From positions 65,782,001-65,846,000 of the forward strand of contig CM097886.1 in the NCBI GenBank assembly GCA_044892525.1: 64,000 nucleotides of DNA, in the 5' to 3' direction. Positions within the stretch are counted from its first letter, which is position 1, and each line of letters opens with the position of its first letter. Shown here piece by piece: positions 36,501 through 48,419 of the stretch. The translations under genes were made by a program, and so were the position numbers. This DNA comes from Schmidtea polychroa. Its lineage: Eukaryota. The notes under the pieces were generated by a model, which ran no database searches, was not told the DNA's origin, and saw only the letters and a list, made by a program, of their open reading frames with translations.

Positions 36501-39500
36501 AAATAGGTTACTCCAATGTACTTCATCGCTTTTCCGATTTCTTTTCAATCTTTACATTGTATTTCCTTTCGTTTAATTGTTAAACTTTAACACATTCATA
36601 ATTTTTTCTATTGCAAACAATTCCTGGAATTATTGATTTTGAAACTTTGAAATGTGCGCCAATTTGGTCGTAGCTCATATTCTTGCTAAAATGGTTAGTT
36701 TATCTTCGAAGGAAATAGCTGTTCTTTGTAAATTAGTGGTAATAACTCTTAAGGGAAAAACAACTAAAAATTATGGCTTGTATAAACGCTTCTAAGTCCC
36801 GGGTTATATACGTGATGTGATTGACCCATTAGTTGAATTCCAGTTTTTCGTCAGCTTTGTTGGCAAATTCACTCGCTTAGTTTCACAAAAAGTGATTGCA
36901 TTATTAAAATTAAAAGTTTAACTTTTTACAGAAATTGTATTTTTCTATTAAAAACTGAAAATTGGTAAAAGTGAGTTTGTATCGAATTTGGCAATTATTT
37001 CGTTTACGCGTTGCGACATACCGCTGGGTTTGATCAAATGAGTTTCAGTTTTTGTAATCTCTGTTTATGATATTTCTTTTCCAATGACGTCGTTGAAATT
37101 ATATAGAAATAGATAAATAGTTGACTCTTCGTCCCTATTCTTATGTTCGACTATCAATTTGCACTTCAGAACTGCCGCGATCTCTCTTCTAAAATTTCTA
37201 CTTACTTCAACCTGTACAAGCATAGTTCACCATGTTTTGGGTCTCTACATACTCTTGATGCTTGCTATGTTGAGAGATTATGTCGTTTAACTAAATATGC
37301 ACTGAGCTGGTACTGTGATATTTTTTTAACATTTTCAACTACCTCATTTTGACAATCAGACTCATGTTGACTTATGGTTTCCATATCCTCGTACAGTTTA
37401 ATGTCAGAATTGGCAAACATTCCTGGAACGATACTGCACTAAGTTTTTACTAGGAGTAATTGAGTGGTAGACATATATGCATGCTTTCCGGTAGTATATT
37501 CGACGGTCATTTGCAATTTAGTCTGCTTCCTATAAAACACTTTGCTTTCCAAATTCCATCGAACACCGAATATTCTTTTGAGATCTTTCATAAAACTTTC
37601 AATTGTTTTCTTATGAAAGATAGACAAATACCTAAATGTGTACAAAATGATATAAAATAAAGGAAAGTTAAGCCGACGACTGTTTGTATTTCAAAAATTA
37701 AAATCTTATATTTGCTCTATTAGTAGTATAAAGAGCAGTTTCGAAATGGCCTTAATAAATAACGCAAAGGAAATAAAAAAAAGAATTTAAAGGAGAAATC
37801 AAAAAACTTAAGTTTCCGAATAAGTATCACTATCTTTTCAATGAGAACATTTAGATTAATTAAATGTTTTTGTGTTTATGGATATTTAACGCAATTAAGA
37901 AAAATAATCTAGGATAACAGAGAAGTTTCTAAAGAAGAGGGTTTGAAATTCGCAAAAAAACACTCAATGTTGTTTATTGAGGCAAGTGCTCGCACAAACG
38001 AAGGAGTTAAATGTGCCTTTGAAGAGTTAGTTGAAAAAGTATGTTTTATCATAAAGTGAAGTGAAACGCATTTTTAATAATAATTAAACAAATTTTATTA
38101 ATTTTTCTTTAAAAAACTATTGTTAAAGATTTAAAATCTATAAAAAAATTGCGATTTAAAATTATTTAATTCGATACATAAATAACAACAATTTCTAATA
38201 AAAACTATTTAAAAACATTCACAACAAAAGTGTTCATATCATTTTGCACCTTACTTTTCGGATTCATTGATTTTATCAACAAAGCATCATAATTACACGT
38301 TCCCAATAATTTATTGACCAAATTTGTTTATTTTGCTCACTAATAAGTTCACGAGCTTAGGAAATTCATCCAACGCATGTGACATTACACTCATTACATG
38401 TAAATTGATTAACGAGATCAGAACGCAATCCAATCGGATGTTTAGACTTATTGATAAACATATTGTGCGCTTTACATGAATTAGACATAATCTTATAATT
38501 TAGATTTCCCAATTGCTTGCTTATCTTTCTCCTATAATCTGTTAAACCTTTCAAGTGCACCAATACTTATATAAATTTAAGATCATAATCGAACTTACAC
38601 CAAAACATTCTCAATCATTACCGAATTTTTTGTAAATTAAAACAATATATTTGGGGTACAAATAAGATTTGATTTTTATTTTTTGCTACATGACACAGCG
38701 GTCTTCAAATGGTTACTTAAGTAAATAAGATAGTATAGATTATATATTGTACTTTTATATTGTTAAAATGTCCGAAAAATGTGTTGATAATTTTGTTATA
38801 TTTTCGGCCTTATAAATTTAAGCCAATTTCGATTTGTGTAAAATTATCGTTAGTTTACACTTAGAAAATTTTATTTTTATTGATTAATTATTTTTTTCAT
38901 TCGAGCTATATATTATCTGTTGAACAACTTTCATATCTTGGGATTCTTTTTCAAATTAATATTTAAACGACCAATCGTACCTTATGGGACCAAATCGTTA
39001 ATACGCCAAACTAATTCTTTTTTAATACGGTAGATATGTTCCTGAGAAAAACACATGAAAAAGGTCACGGGTTACATTGTATAGATGGTATAAAAATGTA
39101 TAAACGTTCCATAATATTCGAAAAGTTCATAATATCAAATTTTTATTTTAAGTGGAAAATTTTAACCTTCTAATAATAATAGTACTTTACTACTTTACAA
39201 ATGCTTTTTGGAATATTCAAAGAATTTACTTATCAATGAGGGCCTTGGGGCCGATATTTGGAAACATTTACCGTAAAGTTTCATTGTGATCGAATGAATG
39301 GTTTAGTAATGCATAAAGTACAAGCAGACATACTTATAAACCTCACGAATATTGACTTAAAATGAGAGAATAATAATGAGCATTGGTGTTGTGCATTTTG
39401 TAAGAAATATAAATAAAAACTATTAACAACAGGGATCCCCGTAAAAACCACATAAATGTACTCGTAATCATTGTTTTAATACAGTGCTTCTAAAACTTCT

Positions 39501-40491
39501 TCATACTATGAAATTTTTTGAAATATGAAAACAAGATGCCCCTAAAAATGTGTCAAACAAAGTGCACTAGTTTCTTAATTCAAAAATCTATATATAGTGC
39601 ACTCCAAAACAAAGTCATATTGTATAATGATTTCCCAAGAGCCCTCTTTTTTGTGCATACCCCCATAAAAATAATTTTGAATCCATCCATTTTGTAGAGA
39701 ATTAAATTCTGTCTATATATAGTTACACTCAAATCATGTTCAGCCTGTTCAATTTAAGTGAAAATGCGTACAAAAACAAATGAATATTACGTAACAAAGT
39801 CTTTTAAAACTATGAATTCTAAAATAGTACACAATATATCAAAATAGCAAATTCATTAAAAATTGATGATGGAATCGCCGATTAAAACAAAGTTTATGGG
39901 AGAAATATTACATAATATTAATTTGTTCTGGAGTACTAACATAAAAGGCTTTAGGGTGGCAGAATTTTTGATGCAATTTCCTATTAACATAAACTACAAT
40001 AACATGAGACAGTGTTAGAGAATAAAATCGATTAATTAGAGTAAAATTCCCTCGAGAAAATTTTAGAGCTGTTCAAATCTGGCACTGAGAATGGACAATT
40101 TTTGATGGTTTTAATACTATTAAGAATATGTTTAATTTTTCAAAATGGGCCAATGAAATTGCCAGCTTGGTTAATTTTTAAAATGTGTAATAAATCTTCC
40201 TTTTAATATTAATTTTATTATATTTATAATCTATTTTGACCTTACACCGACCTTGGAATGACCTTTGATCTTAAATCAACTTTGATGTTATTATGACGTT
40301 ATCCAAGGCCGGTAAGTGATATGGAGCTGTCATAGCTTCTTATTTGTCTAAATAAATCAAAGATAAATGGATTATTATTCCAGATCATTCAAACTCCCGG
40401 ACTGTGGGAGAAAGATCCCAATCAACCGAACATTGATTTATCAAATAGGAGTTACGATCAGAATCAGTCATTTAGTTCATGTTCATGTTAA
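33570..40491 (+). CDS. RAB18: Ras-related protein Rab18
   Basis: Exons 33570-33690, 33731-33792, 34152-34224, 34270-34388, 37913-38038, 40384-40491 (GT-AG, in phase). [76 protein letters not shown]; C-terminal CSC prenylation motif. Confidence 0.95.
35700..36760 (-). mobile_element. Degraded Tigger/pogo transposase in Rab18 intron 4
   Basis: [13 protein letters not shown] / [16 protein letters not shown] (psq-like HTH), [14 protein letters not shown] (CENP-B HTH) and IPLPNSQS segments, with stops and frameshifts. Confidence 0.6.
38290..38640 (-). mobile_element. Penelope-like GIY-YIG endonuclease remnant
   Basis: [24 protein letters not shown]...[27 protein letters not shown] resembles the PLE pattern PY.KG.SE.I...S.VVY.I.C..C...YIG. 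Confidence 0.6.
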
Positions 40492-41448
40492 ATGAGAATT
40501 AAAAATAAGATTAATTGACATGTTTTGTGGCTATGAAGTTTTTTATTAATTATTATTTGAAATAAATCTGATGATAATACCATTACAATTATAAATTGGA
40601 AGTTCTTCATATGGACTTTATTACTGAATTGTGATATATACATATATATGATGATGCTAATGATGATTGGCCTTTGTGATAAGATTTTTTGTTTGCAGTT
40701 TCGTAAAGAAATTATCCATCAACTCGTATGTTATTGAATAAATAATAATTAGCTCTCCTCTTTTAATGTTGTCTATTCTCTATTGTTTATCATTTTTTCA
40801 ATATTTTCATTATTATTTTTTGCTTTACATTGTAAAATAAACTTAATTGCTGATGTTTCAATTGAATGCTTGTTTTGGGGAAATAAATTATTGCTTAATC
40901 AATGTTTCTGGTGTATAAATGAAACTACAAAGTCTTAAAGATTTTTGTATTTTTTGCAATTTGAAATCACATTTAGACAAGATGGCAAAGACGGGCGAGA
41001 AGAAATTAATGTTCTAAAAATTATGTAAGCTATTCAGAAACAATTAAAAGTATTAATTCAGTTGGAATATTATGTTGAACAAAATAAAAGTTTGTACAAC
41101 ATTACATTTATTAACCACTTTCATGTGATCCACAACAGCTTTTGCATCATGATTCATACAAAAAATCTGTGTGAGGAAATAAAACTCGAAATAACAATTA
41201 GAATTGAATTCCTTAATTTAATTATTCGCATTCCCTCGTAATCAGTTAGAAGAATTCCATTTGTACTAATCAAGATCAGAGGGTTTCCTTCAGTGGCACG
41301 ACGAATGTTTATCTTCCATATTCTTATTATCTGGACATTTATTTGAGTATGGTTTTCACTCATAACGTGATCATTTATCACTAATACATCTCATAAATCT
41401 AAGTTTCTGGCATCGTATCATAGGATGCAATGATCAGTGACAAGCTTC

Positions 41449-42400
41449 TGTTGGGCTAGAAAGTAAAATAATAATTTAAAAAAACCTAAGAAGAAAACAA
41501 TAAGAAATAAAATAAAATTAGGAAACAAAGCGAAAACAAATTAAAAACATAGACAAATAAACAATAGGAATAAATAATAAAAAATTAACCAAAGAGAATT
41601 AAAACAAAAAATGAAAAATTAAGATATAGAAACCGGAAAAAATAGTAAAATAATAGAAATTAAATAAAAAATAAAAAACAGTAAGGAAAACACCAAGAAA
41701 ACTAAGAAAAACAAAGGAAACGAATTAAATTAAAAAATTACGCCGCACTCAATTCTGATTGGCTCGCATAAACACAAAAATTAGTATATAAGGAAAACAC
41801 TGAAATAGAATTTTCAGTGTTAATCAAAAAATTCATTAAGGTACTTCGCAACTACTATACCATACTAACTCAAGGATCAGATAGACAAATCACTCGGAGA
41901 ACCATTCAAATTTGTACGAAGTAAAATTTGTTATTTATTGTAAACCTTTTATTAAGCTAGTAATGATAATAATAACTTTACTTAGATAAATTGTTAGCAG
42001 TTTTTCCTGTTCACCAATAAATCTTAAATTTTTGTAATTCATTCTTATTTAGATTTTATTGAATATTATGAAATTTAACTATTTTAAATTGTGCAATATA
42101 CTATTCAATTTTGATGTCAAGCGACACTGAGGTTCAACTGGCCACAGCTTGAGAGACACGGGTGGTTCCTCACGCCAGCAGGTCAGGTATAACATCAGCG
42201 ACGTGGTGGTTGAGCGGGTCATCGTGGGGGCTTCTTCACTGATCCGTCGCCACGGGAAGAGCGGAGCTAAAAAGTAATAGAGGAGAATAATGTATTGAAA
42301 CGATAAAAAATCTCGTGAAAGTAGTGTGGGAGAATCTTCGCAATGACTAGGGTGATCCAATCCTCATTCATCGGATGTTGTCGGAAAGTTATTATCTCTT
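41449..42400 (+). mobile_element. LTR-like element, family 2 copy A (3' boundary unresolved)
   Basis: TGTTGGGCTAG start, A-rich U3, CTGATTGG plus TATATAAG, and homology to 12285-13800. Confidence 0.6.
42127..42270 (+). ncRNA. LTR structured RNA motif 2, copy A
   Basis: CGGGUCA-UC-GUGGGG-GCUU-CUUCAC-UGAUCCG; G-U pairs indicate the plus strand; compensatory changes relative to copy B. Confidence 0.55.
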
Positions 42401-43555
42401 GATCTTTCATCGTCGTCATCGCAACTCATACAAAATCCATATATCGTGTTAATCTAGACGTTTCATCGTAAATTCGATCGTTGCTCCAGTAGAATCGGCG
42501 CTCTCTCAGAACACTCAGAGTAGTGATGAGAAGTAGAGGCACTATCTTCATCAATGAATCGTAAATCTGAGTCGACCGTGTCACATTAACTAAATCAGCA
42601 ATACGATGAATTTCTACTAACAAAGTCTTAGACTTAGTTGATATATAGTAATTATTTTCAGAATTTCGCGACTTATGACTCTGGTACATTGCGTGAAGAT
42701 CCAGTATATCTATTTATAATTTTAACAAATAAAACGGTCTCCACCATTGATAATAAAATTGGCATGAATTATGAATTAAGCAAGCCGCAGCGAATTTCCA
42801 TCTAACATTGATCGTTTAAAATTAAATAAGAATTGAGTTCAAGTAATCGTAATATTCGCATTTCGCAAACGTATTGCGTTAGGTATAACTACTTCGAGGA
42901 ATCCCACTTGTACTCATTTTATCGTAAACCGAATTTTAGCTGATCGAAATCAAATCATTCCATAAAAATTCCACATTTACTCCAGTACGATGTTGGCGAT
43001 AGAACTACCACAATAATTACAAGCCACTTTAGCTGCTCATTCACAACTGGTAGATTACGGTGATTAAAAAGTGATACCGACACAGACGATCATTCACACG
43101 AGACACTCACTCGTTGAGATAATACTCTGGTACTAAAATCCACATGCATAAAAAATAGCGTTAGTGATAACTACACACGCATGAGCCGGCGAGGAAATTA
43201 GTTAATCGCCACATATGTATCCACACAAGACCCATTCCCACCGTACACGTAAGGCATCAATCGCCGATAAACTATCTGACACTAATAAGAATACACGAAC
43301 ACCAAACTCAGTAGATGGCGAATGCAAAAATTTAATCTCCAAATAAAGTTAACACCTAAGCTGATAATATCTGGAATACCAAAAATTTACAATTCTCTCT
43401 TATCTGATATTAACATTAATTTGATTGATATAGTAAACTCGAAGTAATTAAAGCAATTCTTGAGGGGGGAGGTACCATTTTCATGTAAAGTAAATGAACT
43501 CTGACATTTCTTTTCTCAGTGTATTAGCAGTAGATGGAGGATACCCATGAACTAT

Positions 43556-43706
43556 NNNNNNNNNNNNNNNNNNNNNNNNNNNNNNNNNNNNNNNNNNNNN
43601 NNNNNNNNNNNNNNNNNNNNNNNNNNNNNNNNNNNNNNNNNNNNNNNNNNNNNNNNNNNNNNNNNNNNNNNNNNNNNNNNNNNNNNNNNNNNNNNNNNNN
43701 NNNNNN
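43556..43706. other. Assembly gap, followed by an (AAC/AAT)-type low-complexity tract to ~43860
   Basis: Run of N. Confidence 1.
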
Positions 43707-43985
43707 GTTAGTTATTATGATTGTTGTGGTTGTTACTGTTGTCGTTGATGTGGTGATTGTTACGATTGTTGTTCTTGTCATTATTATTACCATTAGTCTT
43801 ATTATTGTTACTGATGTGGGTGTTATGGTCGATATGAGTGTCATCATTATTATTATTGTTGTGGACATCAGTGTATTACCGATTGATGAATGCTTGGCAT
43901 GATTGGGAAATGATGTAACGAGGTATGATGACGTTTGGATGTAAGGAGGAATGATAGGGTTAATGAAAACATTTACATTTATAGA

Positions 43986-44743
43986 ATGTCAAAAGCTTCA
44001 ACCAATGCCACGATCTTGCGCCCACGTTTTTCTTGTTCGGATAAAAATCAGATGATTCAAACGTTACAAGCACAAATTGGCCTCCTTAAGAAGAAGTCGG
44101 ATCATCTAGAGGGGACATATTTTTCCCCCACTCAAATGAAAGAGGCGAGGACGAGGCTCACCCGAGTGGAGAAATGTCGCGATGATGTACTAGAGGAAAA
44201 TCGCGCTTTGCGTGCCCTCATTAAAGAGCAGTCCGAGGCGTTATACAAAGTGTTCGTCCAAGCGTCGGTCACAAGAAAGATAGTCAATATTGCACTCGCG
44301 GAAGAAGACAATTTATTCCCGTCCCACCACCTCTCAGGTATCTCGTTGGTGAAACCATTGAACCAGGCCAGCTTAAGCCACTCGAGCATTTCTCAGCCGA
44401 CAATTCCAGCCGAAGTCGTCTGTACCGGCACAAGTCGCGCTGAACCCAGAATCGTGGACTTAACAACCCCGGTCACTCTTCCGGAGGTGAAAAGATCAAG
44501 AAGCGTCGCCAGCCATCTAGGGCGGAGCGTACTAAAAGAAGAAGGGCCCTCCAGGCCGAAAGAGAAGCGGCTCTGATCGCCTCTGTTCAGCCGCCAGCTC
44601 CAGTACCTCCGGTAGAATCCACCCTGCATTCTCTCCCTATCTTCAGGGTAATCCCGCCCGTCGATTCCTCATGGGAAGAAAATGCTAAAGACTTTTTCGA
44701 TCTCGATGAGATCTTTGCTGGAGCTTCTCCAAGCACTCTGTGA
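43986..44743 (+). pseudogene. Frameshifted coiled-coil / basic NLS / acidic-tail ORF, probably TE cargo
   Basis: ORF from ATG 43986 to 44576 with heptads (LEENRALRALIKEQ). An overlapping -1 frame, open ~44443-44743, gives EKIKKRRQPSRAERTKRRRAL...PPAPVPP...DFFDLDEIFAG. GC-richer than the host genes. Confidence 0.45.
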
Positions 44744-45077
44744 TTATATCTGCGTTGTTCTACAAAATTGTAGTACCTATCAATGTACTCTTAATGTAAT
44801 AATGCGTTAATACATTTTTCTTTATTGTGACTTGTCAAATTAAATGATGTTGAATGCTTGAGTATGATGAATGGTTGATTAGGGGGTTGGATAACGAGTG
44901 ATGGAATTGAAGTGGGGAAGAGATGTGGTAAGGCTGAATTCAGGAAGGATAGAAATACTGGTAACGTGGAAAAATTTACGGTTGAATGCTAAATAGAGAC
45001 AAAACTAACGAGTTGAGCGTTGCGGTGGAGTTTGATGGCAAATTAAAATGATGCATGAGATCTTAGAATAATGACGA

Positions 45078-45225
45078 TGACGTAAGTCCTTCTATCGGCA
45101 GTCGAGTGATGGTTAAGTCGAGTTGCGATGGGGGAGTAGTCCTAAGGCAGGGGCTCACCTGCTCCATCGTAGCTCGCCGACATGGCACAGCACCAACATG
45201 ATGTGAATCATGGGTGTCATGTTCG
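45078..45225 (+). ncRNA. Structured RNA motif 1, most divergent copy C
   Basis: ATGACGTAAGTCCTTCTATCGGCAGTC retained; stems GAGTTGCGATGG/CCATCGTAGCTC, GGCAG/CTGCT, CATGGCAC/GTGTCATG and CATGA/TCATG replace the AT-rich stems of copies D and E. Confidence 0.6.
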
Positions 45226-46506
45226 GAGTATGATCGTGTGGGTTTTGGTTGAGGGTCCCATGGAATGATAACATATTGCTTGTGTATTTAGGACTATCAA
45301 CCCCTACTGTGGAAAGAGTATTTTTCTGACTCGACCCAAGACCCAGCACTTCGTTTATCTGAATCTTCCGATTCGACGCGAGACATAACTTTAAGCAATC
45401 TTGATTCACATTTCACTTCAGCGAGATCATCCAAGTTTGTGTCATCCGCAATTCTCCTTATGTAACTACAAGTGACACTGCAATTGGATAATGCTCAATA
45501 AGATTTCCATGGATAGAAATTAATATACTCCGAGTAAATTTATCTTCAATTTGATCAACTGCATTGCCTCTAGACCATAGGAAGTTGCTGTATTATTCAA
45601 CTTTCTTCCTAGTAACTTTACCATATGAGTGTCCTTGGCTATTTGGGGTTTTATCCGAATAAATTTTTCTTTAATAATTATTAAATTTTCGTTATTAAAC
45701 TTCTATAAATGAGTGGGACAACCCTGAAAAAGATAGGGCTTCTTCTTCTACCGAAACTCTGAACACCAACTATTATGTAAATATATCGTGTACCATATAA
45801 ATTATTTTGATTTAGTCTTATAAATATTAATATAAAAATTATTGAATTAAATAAGATCACTATGTTTGCATATTTATTCGCTAGATATATGTCTAGCTAG
45901 AATTACCTTTAACAAAATGTTAAACGCAATTCTATTAAATCAATCAAGTAGCATTTTGACATCAAAGTAACAAAAGAAAAAAAATCCAAATTATGGTTGT
46001 GGTGGCCTCACATTTTAATAGAACGACTCTTTAAAACAAATTTGAGACTCACTAGGTTCTACCCAACACATATTTCCCCACCTTGTTACGGAAATTCAAA
46101 AATTAAATTCTGATATTGATAGTTGGAAAGAAGAATCGACAGGGAATAATTTTGATAATGAAGCTTACCTACCATTTTACACATTATCAACATGATAGTA
46201 AAACAAATAATTATTTGTGTACGATTGCATAATAAAAATCATTTTTTTTGGTAAAAGCCAATCGAAAACATAACAATGATATAATAGTATGACGTCGAAA
46301 GTAATGTCTATCATTAGAATGCGATAGCTTGATTTAAATCTAATACATTATTATAAAATATTTAACAGCATTTTTTTCAATTTTTAGATAGAAAATGTAT
46401 ATTAATTTTTTATAAAAATCTCCTAGAACAAGATTCTCAAATTAACATATTTTCTGTTTTTGTTTAACTATCTATAATATTTTTGCATTCCTAAATTTGA
46501 AAAAAA

Positions 46507-47448
46507 ATGATTTTTAATTATGAATATATAGCTTATGTTACTTTACCAAATTTAACTATCATCTTTGTTGGATATTATTTTTTATCATTTTTGAAATTAT
46601 TGTTTAGAAATTTGATTCTACCTTTTGTATTTTCAAGTCGCCAAGAAATCAAAAAATATGGGAACTGGGTAGTTATAACTGGAGCTACCGATGGTATCGG
46701 GAAAGCTTTTGCTGAATTACTCGCTAAAGATAATTTTAATCTTGTATTAATAAGTCGAAGCTTTGAAAAATTGGAAAAAGTGAAAAAAGAAATTTTGGAA
46801 AAGCATGATGTTAACATACTAATAATTTCAGCCGATTTTTCTAAATCGGATATTTATGACAAAATCGAATCCGAAATTAAAGATTTAGAAGTTGGGTTGT
46901 TGATTAACAATGTCGGAATGTCGTCTGAGTATCCAGATTATCTAACTAGTGAAATCAATTCTCCTCATTCTGTTATAAATATTTTAAATTGCAATTGCTT
47001 ATCAACAGTCTTAATGACTAGATTACTTCTGAAAGTCAGAATGGCCGACAAAGGTGGCTTTATTTTAAATATATCATCAGCCTCGAGTATGTTTCCGATT
47101 CCATTTTTATCGGTATATGGATCTTCCAAAGCTTTTATAAATTCATTTACAAGAAATATGATAGCAGAATTTAGAAGTCGAGTTCATTTTCAAAATGTAG
47201 CTCCATTTTTCGTATCAACAAAAATGAGCAAATTAAGACCAAGTTTAACTGCACCCGCCCCTAGAAACTATGCTAACAGCGTACTGAATCGATTAGGAAC
47301 ATCGACATTTACTTATGGGTGTTTTGTACATGAATTGCAAGGCTGGTTAATCGGATTGCTTCCTACTTTTCTAATTGAAAAATTGGTATATAAAGTAAAT
47401 TACGGTACAAGAATTAGAGCGATTCGGAAAGCTACAAAAATTAATTGA
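46507..47448 (+). CDS. HSD17B12: Very-long-chain 3-oxoacyl-CoA reductase / 17beta-HSD12-like SDR, 313 aa, intronless
   Basis: N-terminal TM; YGNWVVITGATDGIGKAFA Rossmann motif; LVLISRS; LINNVGMS.EYP; YGSSK catalytic YxxxK; VAPFFVSTKMSK. Confidence 0.9.
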   Translation: MIFNYEYIAYVTLPNLTIIFVGYYFLSFLKLLFRNLILPFVFSSRQEIKKYGNWVVITGATDGIGKAFAELLAKDNFNLVLISRSFEKLEKVKKEILEKHDVNILIISADFSKSDIYDKIESEIKDLEVGLLINNVGMSSEYPDYLTSEINSPHSVINILNCNCLSTVLMTRLLLKVRMADKGGFILNISSASSMFPIPFLSVYGSSKAFINSFTRNMIAEFRSRVHFQNVAPFFVSTKMSKLRPSLTAPAPRNYANSVLNRLGTSTFTYGCFVHELQGWLIGLLPTFLIEKLVYKVNYGTRIRAIRKATKIN

Positions 47449-47820
47449 TATTTAGTTTTATGAACTTTAGTAAAAATATAATTTTGTTTCTTGTTAAATT
47501 TATAGTATATTCGGTATTTGTGTTATTTACCATCTCTAGCTATTATAATTCTGTATTGCACAATTTTGGTTATGTCTGATGAATACAAGTTGGTAACCTG
47601 TTAGAAATAGAGAAAGAGAAGAGTTGTGTTTCTAAAATTCCCTATTGGTGACCGTTTAAGGATTTTCGACTATCGCCTGTTCGCGTATAACTCGCGTGCG
47701 CATATTATTTAATTCATTTTTCTAACTAAATTCGTTATATTTATTACATTTTGTTATTCAAATTTCAATCTAAAGAAATCTTAACTCATTTTCAAAAATT
47801 TAAATTAATATATATATATA

Positions 47821-48030
47821 TTGAATTTATTAAAAAGAGAGCTTGAAGACTGACTGTAAATCAATCATCATTTTATACTAAACAAATTATATGAAATAAA
47901 TTTATTTTTCCCCAACAATAATTGGTAAAATCAAATTCACTTGAAAAAGCAGTGTCGAAAATTCATGAGTATCAAAAAACATCGATATATTACTGATTTA
48001 TAGTCTTCAAGCTCTCTTTAATAAATTCAA
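47821..48030. mobile_element. Foldback MITE, copy 1
   Basis: TTGAATTTATTAAAAAGAGAGCTTGAAGACT / AGTCTTCAAGCTCTCTTTAATAAATTCAA inverted ends; same family as 58988 and 61845. Confidence 0.7.
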
Positions 48031-48419
48031 TGGAAAAAATAATCAGTGGTGAAATTGGAAAAAAGTTCTTATAATATATATATATATATATATATATAAT
48101 TTTACTAGTTTTTTATTGTAAACGAAAATTCCATCATAATAAAGCAAAGTAAAATATTTTTGATTATCGATTTGCTTCATTTTTTTCGGAATTTCTCAAA
48201 TAACTCGCGCGCGAATAGACGGTAGTATCCTTCATGTTCGTCATTAATTACGAGAAAAATGCAGCTACATGGGAAACAAAATTGATCAATTGTAGTTAAG
48301 GGAGATGATCCAAATTCCTGTGGCCTGGATATCAACAATTTGTTTATTAGATTTTTAAACATGTTAGTCATTTAAAAAATATATAGGAATGAATATGTTA
48401 AATTAAAAATATTTTTTAA

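Noticed and set aside
43707-43902. Val/Ile-, Thr/Ile- or Asn-rich ORFs beside the gap
   Set aside because: Low-complexity trinucleotide tract next to an assembly gap; the frame cannot be supported.
45074-45097. Minus-strand AGAA / GUC resembling hairpin-ribozyme loop A
   Set aside because: Helix 2 cannot form, loop B is absent, and the pairing is not conserved in the other copies.
45135-45165. CCTAAGGCAGGGGCTCACC resembling SRP RNA helix 6
   Set aside because: No helix 8 (GNRA, SRP54 loop) or Alu domain; the similarity is not retained in copies D and E.
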